Below are positions 54,130 to 64,000 of a stretch of 64,000 bases of DNA, piece by piece. A model generated the notes under the pieces. The model saw only the letters and a list, made by a program, of their open reading frames with translations. It made no database searches and was not told the DNA's origin. Location of the stretch: contig OX597835.1 in the NCBI GenBank assembly GCA_951406725.2, forward strand, positions 13,888,001 through 13,952,000, read 5' to 3'. The DNA is from Octopus vulgaris. Taxonomy: Eukaryota. Position 1 is the stretch's first letter, and every line of letters begins with the position of its first letter. The position numbers were made by a program, and so were the translations under genes.

Positions 54130-54897
54130 CCCCTTACCCAACAATTATTTTGAAAATAAATGTATTTTTTCAGACATATTTTCTAATTGTTTTATTTTAC
54201 TATGTTTTGAATGGTGATTTCGAGGTATATTTCAAACCTTATTTATTATGAATTGTAATTCAATAATATTGATTTTAAATTACCGCTTTGGGCAGAAACG
54301 AGTTAACCCGTTTTTTTTTCATAAATCATATTACTTTTACAAAAAAAGCATGTTATTTTATTTGGTTATCGACATGGTGGGGTTATAATATAAAGGTATA
54401 AAAAAAAACAACGTAAAAACAAAGTGAATACTTCTATTCATAAAATGTGCCTTCCAACCCTTCGACTGTCTCCAGGTGACTAAATCATACTTGGTCTTCA
54501 ATGCCTTACTCAAGCGAAAGGTGGCAGAAATCGTCACTGCCAGACGTATAAAGTGAGCGAATATACTCGTATATGTCAAAAAAGAGTTTATAATAGACAA
54601 AGGAACTCGTTTGCTGTCGATTTTGGCGAGTCTATCTTTTGACGAGTTGCTGTCGAATTTGGCGAGTCTATCTTTTGACGAGTTGCTGTCGATTTTGGCG
54701 AGTCTATCTTTTGACGAGTTGCTGTCGATTTTGGCGAGTCTATCTTTTGACGAGTTGCTGTCGATTTTAGCGAGTCTATCTTTTGACGAGTTGCTGTCGA
54801 TTTTGGCGAGTCTATCTTTTGACGAGTTCACTCGCCAGAGATAGAAAAAAAACGATTTCGGTCAAAACGCATATATTCGTTTCAGCCGGGTAAGGGG
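54130..54897. mobile_element. piggyBac-type non-autonomous element
   Basis: TTAA|CCCCTTACCC ... GGGTAAGGGG|TTAA: perfect 10-bp TIR with TTAA TSD. Confidence 0.75.
54609..54828. repeat. 36-bp minisatellite, 6 copies
   Basis: Unit GTTGCTGTCGATTTTGGCGAGTCTATCTTTTGACGA, located inside the piggyBac-type element. Confidence 0.95.
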
Positions 54898-55234
54898 TTA
54901 ATTGTTTGTTTATTCATACGTTTCGTCTCATTCGATACCCCGACCCAATGTTTATTTTGTCTGTCCCCGTATCGTTCCCTCTTTTTCTCAACCTTATGGT
55001 TAATAAAGAAACTGACTCTGTCCGTTATCGGAGCTGCGTTCTTTTTGCATGTTTGTTTGTGCGCATGTGCGTGCGTCAGTGCGCATGTGTATACACACAT
55101 GTATGTATGTATGTTCATGTGTGTATGTGTGTGTGTGTGTGCGCTTGTCTGTACGTATTATCTATGTACCTATCTACCTATCTATATATACTTACATATG
55201 GATTTGATAGACGGAAACTAAAAGAAGCCCGTCG

Positions 55235-55317
<83 letters not shown>

Positions 55318-55822
55318 ATGTATGTATGATGTATGTATGTATGTATGTATGTATGTATGCATGTATGTACGTGAGTGTGTGTGCGTGTGTATCTGTGTTT
55401 GTCTCACTTCCATCGCTTGACAACTGATGTTGGTGAACTTACGTCGCCGTAACTTAGCAGTTCGACAAAAGAGACCGATAGAATAAGTGGTAGCCTTACA
55501 AATAATAAGTCCTGGGGGTCAATTTATTCGATTAAAGGCAGTGCTCCAGCATGGCTGCAGTCAAATGACTGAAACAAGTAAAAGAATAAAAAGAATATAT
55601 ATATATATATATATATAGATAAGTAGATATATAATTTCTTGGATTCTTAGACGTCGGTCTGCTATGACTATCCGTCAAATCTCAATTGGCTCCTCAGTTC
55701 GGCTGCTGGTTGGCCTGCTTGAGTATGTTTCACGTTTGCGGCCGGTTGTACCATTCTTTGATCTGAGTTTTGTCCATAACAATCCAGGAAATTATCAATC
55801 TACCTATATATATATCTATCTA

Positions 55823-55942
<120 letters not shown>

Positions 55943-56049
55943 TAGATAGATAATTTCCTGGATTGTTATGGACAAAACTATTATCTACCTATATATATAT
56001 ATCTATATCTATCTATCTATCTATTTAAAATAAAGTATCTATCTATCTA

Positions 56050-56087
<38 letters not shown>

Positions 56088-56163
56088 TGTGTGTGTGTGT
56101 ATATATGTATATATATATATGTATGTATGTATGTATGTATCTGTATGCATATATATATAGATA

Positions 56164-56207
<44 letters not shown>

Positions 56208-56237
56208 CATACACATATCATTATATATACACATAAA

Positions 56238-56283
<46 letters not shown>

Positions 56284-56530
56284 TACATGCATTCAAAGCC
56301 AGTGAACAGCAATTGACGAAACTGGTATGACATTGAATCCCTTTAACAATCCAAAATAATGACTTTTATTCCTCTTAATTCTATCTCAGTTCATCTAATT
56401 GTATATATTTACCGTTACTTTTCATTAAAAAAAGCCTTTGTTTTTGTATATCCAATGTGCATTTTCGCTTTTTCTTCTTACCTTTCTCATCTACGACGTG
56501 TAGTTTATTTTTCTCTTTGAAAACTATTTC

Positions 56531-56739
<209 letters not shown>

Positions 56740-56855
56740 TATATATATATATATAATATATATATAAATATATATATATATAAATAGATATATATATATA
56801 AATATATATATATAAATTGATATATATATATAAATAGATATATATATATAAATAG

Positions 56856-56977
<122 letters not shown>

Positions 56978-57174
56978 GTTGGTGATTTTTTTTCCTCCGT
57001 CTTCCCTTCTCTGGATCTTTCCTTTTCCTATGTTTCCGACGAAGAGCTCCGCTCGAAACCTAAAATCCTCCTTCTTCCCTTCCTTCCTGGGCGTCCAATA
57101 ATACTATATTTGTTCCACGTCCTCGCGTTGTTGTTGTTTTCTCTTTGTGTTTTCATGTTTGGATTAAGTATATA

Positions 57175-58129
57175 TAAGGTGTATTCAACAGGTATCAGGC
57201 TATATTTTTCCCGCCAAAACTAATGCCGCATGAGCAACAAAATCCTTCAGGTGGGAAGCGTTATCACCTTCTCCGCGCAAGCAAGAACGTTTTGGCGCCG
57301 GGAGGCAGCGTTAGTTCCTGGCTGTTACGCTTAGAGTACGCACGCGTAGTACGCTCTCGTTGGATTTATATTTTCACGCAAGATGGCCGAACACCCCCCA
57401 GCGAAGATAACGCATCAAACTTTATCAAATGTTTGGTGATAATCAAGCGCAAACCATCCAGGAGATTCATCAGGCCTTTGGCAATGATGCTGTGGACAAA
57501 ACTCAGATCAAGGAGTCGTACAACCGCTTCAAACATAGCCGCACCTCAGCAGAGAAGGAGGCATACTCAGCCAATCGAAATGAGGAGCCGATTGAGAAGG
57601 TTTGGCGGATAGTCATAGCAGACTGACGTCTAAGAATCCAGGAAATTACTCAGGAAGTCGGAATAAGCACGGAAGATTAGTGCATGATGAGTGTCGGTCC
57701 AAAAAATGAAGCCGGATATTTCATGAACGCCGGATACTTCATGAACGCCGGATATTTCATGAACGCCGGATACTTCATGAACGCCGGATACTTCATGAAC
57801 GCCGGATACTTCATGAACGCCGGATATTTCATGAACGCTCCTCGTAATCAAAGCTTTCCTGGTCAACAACAACACAACTTTTCCCAACCTGCACCATGTG
57901 ACAGCTGGTTCTTCTCCAAACTGTAAAACCATGCTGAAAAAGGGGGCGATTTGAGTCCCGAGGGGAAATTATGGGAAAAGTGAAAGCGGTGGGTCATAGC
58001 ATTCAAGAGAATGCGTTCCATGGGTAACAGAACCGCTGGGAGCGTTTTGAAAACGATTAAATACAATTTGTGAAATGTATAATTATTTTTTTGTTATGCC
58101 TACATGTCGGATAATTTAGAACGCATCTC

Positions 58130-58133
<4 letters not shown>
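57175..58133 (+). mobile_element. Decayed mariner transposon
   Basis: Frameshifted HTH remnant IQEIHQAFGNDAVDKTQIKESYNRFK.SRTS...IEKVWRIV..D and a C-terminal (D)LAPCDSWFFSKL motif. Degenerate TIR-like ends sit in TA runs. Confidence 0.8.
57711..57846. repeat. 18-bp tandem repeat, 7 copies, ending in a mariner TIR-like end
   Basis: (GCCGGATA[T/C]TTCATGAAC)x7 followed by GCTCCTCGTA. Confidence 0.9.
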
Positions 58134-58168
<35 letters not shown>

Positions 58169-58440
58169 CGGGGTTGCAGACACACGAGATTCGGTTGTCA
58201 AGCGATGTTAGGGGGGGGGGACAAACACAGACACACAAACACACACAAACACACACATACATATATACATATATACGACGGGCTTCTTTCAGTTTCCGTC
58301 AACCAAATCCACTCACAAGGCTTTGGGTGCCCCGAGGCTATAGTAGAAGACACTTGCCCAAGGTGCCACGCAGTGGGACTGAACCTTGAACCAAGCTACT
58401 TACCTCACAGACACTCCTGCGCCTATAGCCATTCCTGCGC

Positions 58441-58484
<44 letters not shown>

Positions 58485-58533
58485 CCATTCAATTGCTTGT
58501 TAGTCCGATAAAAGCACATGCTATATAATCTCT

Positions 58534-58866
58534 TACAATACCTCATTTTACGAGGGTCCGTTTTACGAGATCCTGGCTTTACGAGTCTTATTTTTCAAGC
58601 ACAAGATCCAAATTTTGAACGAAGTGCAAAAATTTATGATTTTGACATTCTCTTTTACTTTACATAAAATATTCTTTACATTCAACTGTTGTTTTGTTGC
58701 CATTTATTTACGACTATTATAAATTTTACAGGTAAAATATTTTTCAGGGAACGAATTACGATTTATAACATTGCTAGTATGGGAAGTTATTACTCTGCTT
58801 TACGAGTTTCCGCTTTGCGAGCGGTCTCCGTACACAAATTAACTCGTATATCGAGGCCTTGCTGTA
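58534..58866. mobile_element. Tc1/pogo (Tigger-like) MITE remnant
   Basis: TACAATACCTC...TTACGAG at the left end and CTCGTATATCGAGG..GCTGTA at the right end, with internal TTTACGAG repeats. Confidence 0.5.
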
Positions 58867-59617
58867 CTGTCCGGTGTCTAGACCATCTCAAATCTTATTT
58901 ATTCATCAGAAACTCATTTACATCGTTATCATTACTGAGAAACGCATGACACATTTTCCTTCTTCCTAAATCCTTTCCTCACCCACAACAATATTAATCA
59001 CAATAGCGCCGTCAGACAGGAGTGACGATGCAAATTGTGAAAGGTGGGCCCGTTTCCGTGTCCTGTTGCTATCTCCTGCTTATCAAGTATCGACAACTGG
59101 AACGTTGATTCCCAGGACATCCTTTATGGAAATTTCGTTTTTGCATTTCGTTTACAAGATTATTTTTTTATTTTTATCCCAAACACGTTGAAACCGGATT
59201 TTCTTTCCTCGGGATGAGCAATCAATAATAAAGAAGTGAAACTGAACAAGTGCGCGTGTTTATTATTAGCATAATGACCCTCTCGAGATTTAAAAAAAAT
59301 CTTATGAAAATGCTTCCTCTAAAATAGCAGACGATACGCCTGAGAAACTAGTTAACTAGACAGCTCGACAGGCTAAAATTGGTAGCTAAATCTTTCTAAA
59401 AATCGCACATAACGCTCTATAATAAAGAAAGAATACGTTAGACAGTATTGACCTGTATAGACCCTACCTGGACAGATATGTCACGGATGGAACGTATTTG
59501 ATCATGTTTGCTCCATCGCAGTTAACCACCTGAGTTTATGCAACTCTGAGAACAAAACATCACAGTATGCTTGTGCGTATTCATGTATGTATATCATCAT
59601 CATCATCATCATCATCA

Positions 59618-59667
<50 letters not shown>

Positions 59668-59794
59668 GGGCAGAAGACACTTGCCCAAGTCCCACTGCGT
59701 GGCATCTTGGGCAAGTGTCTTCTGCTATAGCCCCGGGCCGACCAATGCCTTGTGAGTGGATTTGGTAGACGGAAACTGAAAGAAGCCTGTCGTA

Positions 59795-59841
<47 letters not shown>

Positions 59842-60056
59842 TTGTGTGCCTGTGTTTGTCCCCCTAGCATTGCTTGACAACCGATGCTGGTGTGTTTACG
59901 TCCCCGTCACTTAGCGGTTCAGCAAAAGAGACCGATAGAATAAGTACTGGGCTTACAAAGAATAAGTCCCGGGGTCGATTTACTCGACTAAAGGCGGTGC
60001 TCCAGCATGGCCGCAGTCAAATGACTGAAACAAGTAAAAAAAAAATTATAATAATA

Positions 60057-60117
<61 letters not shown>

Positions 60118-60399
60118 TATGTTTGACTTTTGCTTTATGTCTGTACCAGTTGGCTCCAAGTCTCACCCAGAAACCTCAAGAGACAACACGTTGGAAGTTC
60201 ACGTTGATGTTATGCCTAGTGTGCCATATATTGGGGGGGGGGGTGTACTAGTGAATGTCTAATAAATAAATTTTTTAAAAAAAGTTTGTTTTAAACCTCG
60301 GGATTACATATTATTATTATTATTAAATTTTCTCAAATCTCTCAATCGCAATTGCTCTGGTTAATTCTATGAGAGAAGACAGCAACCTGTTGTCAAAGG

Positions 60400-60570
60400 T
60401 GTCATAGCGTATCTTTCCACAAATTATAATTCTTGGGTACTAAGCTGTTAGGTATCGGTAAAGATAATCAGCCCCCAAGTACTAATCGCAAAACCCCTGC
60501 TGTCCCCAATAGAGCAGTTTTTGGAGCATGTGCTACCCCCAAGTCAATTCCAATATCTCCGATGTATTTC
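60400..60570 (-). mobile_element. R4/Dong LINE 3' remnant
   Basis: KYIGDIGIDLGVAHA.KTALLGTA.VLR.VL. Confidence 0.6.
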
Positions 60571-60975
60571 TCGAAGGAACATGGCCCAGTGGTTTGAGCG
60601 TCGGCCTCACAATCATTAGGTGGTGAGTTCGATTCCCGGACTGGGCTGTATGTTGTGTGCTTGAGCAAGACACTTTACCTGTGTCTAGCAGCACCGCCAT
60701 TTGTTGTTCTTTATTCTGTTACTTGCTTCAGTCGTTTAACTGCGGCCATGCTGGATCACCGCCTTGAAAGGTTTTAGTCGAAGAAATCAACCCTGGCACT
60801 TATTCTCTGTAAACATAGTACTTATTCTGTCGATCTCTTTTGCCGAACCTCTACGTTACGGGGCGTAAACACACAAACTTCGGTTGTCAAGTGATGGTCG
60901 GGGAACAAACACAAAGACACATTTATATATATATATATATATATATAAATATATGTGTATGTATGTGTGTATATG

Positions 60976-61037
<62 letters not shown>

Positions 61038-61038
61038 C

Positions 61039-61075
<37 letters not shown>

Positions 61076-61083
61076 CACACACA

Positions 61084-61115
<32 letters not shown>

Positions 61116-61441
61116 CATACATACATACAAACATACATACATACATACATGCATACATATATATATATATATATACAAACATACATACATACATGCATAC
61201 ATACATACATACATACATACATACATACATACATACATACATACACACACACGACGGGCTTCTTTCAGTTTCCGTCTACCAAATCCACTCACACGGCTTT
61301 GGCCTGCCCGAGGCTATATAGTAGGAGACACTTGTCCAAAGTGCCACGCAGTTGGACTATACCCGGAACCGAGTGGTGAGAAAGCGTGCCTCTTACCACA
61401 CAGCCACTCCTGCGCCTGTGTGTGTGTGTGTGCGCGCGCGC

Positions 61442-61487
<46 letters not shown>

Positions 61488-61769
61488 ATATATATCTAGG
61501 AGTGCCCGTGTGCCTTGGCATTGTTGTTCTTTTTCATCATCAGTAATTACATAATTCTGAGACGTAGAAATCAGCGGAAACTATCTAATGACATATGGCA
61601 TTTGCTTTCATCTGACTACTTACTGTCTTGAGTTCAATTCTCGCTAAGGCCGACTTCACGTCATACCTACCCCACCCACCTCCACATTCGATCCCACCAC
61701 CAGACTTTCTGTCCGTGTAAAAAAAAAATCATTAATTTTTCTAAATTCTACTTAAGTGTACTTTATTTT

Positions 61770-61847
<78 letters not shown>

Positions 61848-61848
<1 letters not shown>

Positions 61849-62157
61849 GTTGTTGTTTGTTCCTTCTCGAGCCATGCCTGGCTCATAAGGGCCGGCTACA
61901 GGGTTTCCTTGGCGTATAAGTTTCCCACCTGGACGGGACGCCAGTCCGTCGCAGGTGAGCTGCAAGATGTAGAAGGAAAGAGTGAGAGAAAGTTGTGGCG
62001 AAAGAGTCAGCAGAAGTTCGCCATTACCTTCTGCCAGAGCCGCGTGGAGCTTAGGTGTTTCGCTCATAAACACACACATCGCCCGGTCTGAGACTCGAAC
62101 CCACGATCCCTCGACCGTGAGTCCGCTGTTCTAACCACTAGGCTATGTGCCTCCACA
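61848..62157 (-). mobile_element. tRNA-derived SINE family 4 in an (AGAT)n tract
   Basis: TAGCCTAGTGGTTAG...GGTTCGAGTCTC head and (AAC)n tail. Confidence 0.75.
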
Positions 62158-62169
62158 GACAGACAGATG

Positions 62170-62261
<92 letters not shown>

Positions 62262-63183
62262 TGGCTGGTCTCTGGGAATACCCGGGTTTCACGTCCATAA
62301 AGCTCTTGGCTTTACAGTTTTTCTTCAGGGTCTGAAGAAAAAGATGTAAAGCTATGCGTTTTATGGACTTGAAGCACAGGGTAACCCCATAGACCGGTCA
62401 CATCTATCTATATACTCTACTGCTCTATAACTCACTGTGCTTTTTTTTCGGATTTAAAATTTACTGAAGATATATATGTATACATATATGATAGATCGTT
62501 AGCTCCTACACACATTTTTTTCTCTCCTTGTTTCTCTCCTTGTTTTTTTCTGTGTATCTTTCTGTCGAAGAGCGTAGGCTTGAAACGTAAAAGACTTGTT
62601 CTATTTCTATTCCTGAGTGCCATACTAATACATTTGTTTGTTTGTACTCCACCTGCCTTCGTCCTTTGTTTATTTTCGTAAACCTTGCCGTTATACATAT
62701 ATATATATATACATATATATATACATATTTATAGGTCCGATTAGCAGCATTTTGGGCGCTTAGGCAAATCAATAACCTGGGCCCTAATTGTAATTTCCTG
62801 TCAGCAAACCGTTATAGCATGTTTATATTATATTAGAGGTAAAATCAAGAGCAAAGCAGAACGAGAATCTCGAGTCATTTAGAGAATTTGAAACCTTACA
62901 GCTGTTTCTGGGATAAGCCAAGCGGTTGGTTGGAAGTACCGACCTACCTCCAGATATTCTCTGGAAAAAGATGAGTTGCGAACATCATTCTCTTGCCGAT
63001 ATTCTTCTAACTAATTTACTCTTTATTCTTCTATTTTATTCCTTAAAAACTGTGAATTTTATTCCTTTGTAAACTGTAAATATTCCCGTCCAAAATATTC
63101 ATACCTTGCCTCTGATGACGGAATATCCAGTGCACGGACATATGCTAACCAACCACTTGGGTTATCCCAGAAATACATACATA

Positions 63184-63297
<114 letters not shown>

Positions 63298-63522
63298 AAA
63301 CAAGTCAAGATAGAAAATGCTAAAATAATTTTATAAAGGACATTTCAGTACCGGTTTCAGTCATTTGAGACCTTTTCAACTGTAACGATTAAATAATTAA
63401 ATTTAGAAAAATTAAAAGAAAAGTTTTTTTTTAAAGAATATTTGTATAGTGTTCAAATATAAGTGGCATTTTCCTTGTTTCTGCCTTCCTCTGTCTCTCT
63501 TCTTTGCACTTGTGGGTTATAT

Positions 63523-63579
<57 letters not shown>

Positions 63580-63616
63580 CATGTATATATACATAAATAT
63601 ACATACACATATATAC

Positions 63617-63675
<59 letters not shown>

Positions 63676-63756
63676 CATATATATACATACATATACATAT
63701 ATATACATACATATACATATATATACATACATATACATATATATACATACATATAC

Positions 63757-63987
<231 letters not shown>

Positions 63988-64000
63988 AGTCTGTGCTCGA

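Noticed and set aside
54358-54844. 36-bp repeats as a CRISPR array or as a repeat protein (NSSKDRLAKIDS)n
   Set aside because: The repeats are contiguous with no spacers, there are no cas genes, the context is eukaryotic, and they lie inside a TTAA-flanked MITE.
58982-59120. Candidate first coding exon of CSRP
   Set aside because: The ATG frame (MSWESTF...) stops before the donor and is phase 0. The phase-1 frame has no ATG.

Overview
AT-rich, microsatellite-dense eukaryotic genomic DNA. The SINE, LINE and Penelope-type repeats suggest a cephalopod, probably Octopus (inference). I reconstructed one protein-coding gene by hand on the minus strand: 10 phase-compatible exons (25048-24823, 22762-22671, 21371-19438, 16156-16079, 13301-13107, 12195-12054, 10006-9880, 6983-6871, 4194-4087, 2955-2891; 3080 nt, about 1025 aa; a signal-peptide exon was not located). 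It encodes a Cu-only SOD repeat protein (CSRP/cusr/Rsod-like) with about six SOD-like modules, a C-terminal GPI-type signal and one GC-AG intron. Only one module keeps all the Cu ligands. The rest of the window is repeats: tRNA-derived SINEs, RTE/CR1/R4-Dong fragments, non-autonomous Helitrons, piggyBac MITEs, a mariner relic, Penelope relics carrying many minimal hammerhead-ribozyme motifs, and a young 4 x 2.86 kb tandem array with a visible unequal-crossover breakpoint. Two Pol III RNA copies (U6 and 5S) are each fused directly to a retroelement 3' tail. Nearly all ORFs in the supplied track are microsatellite or repeat artefacts.
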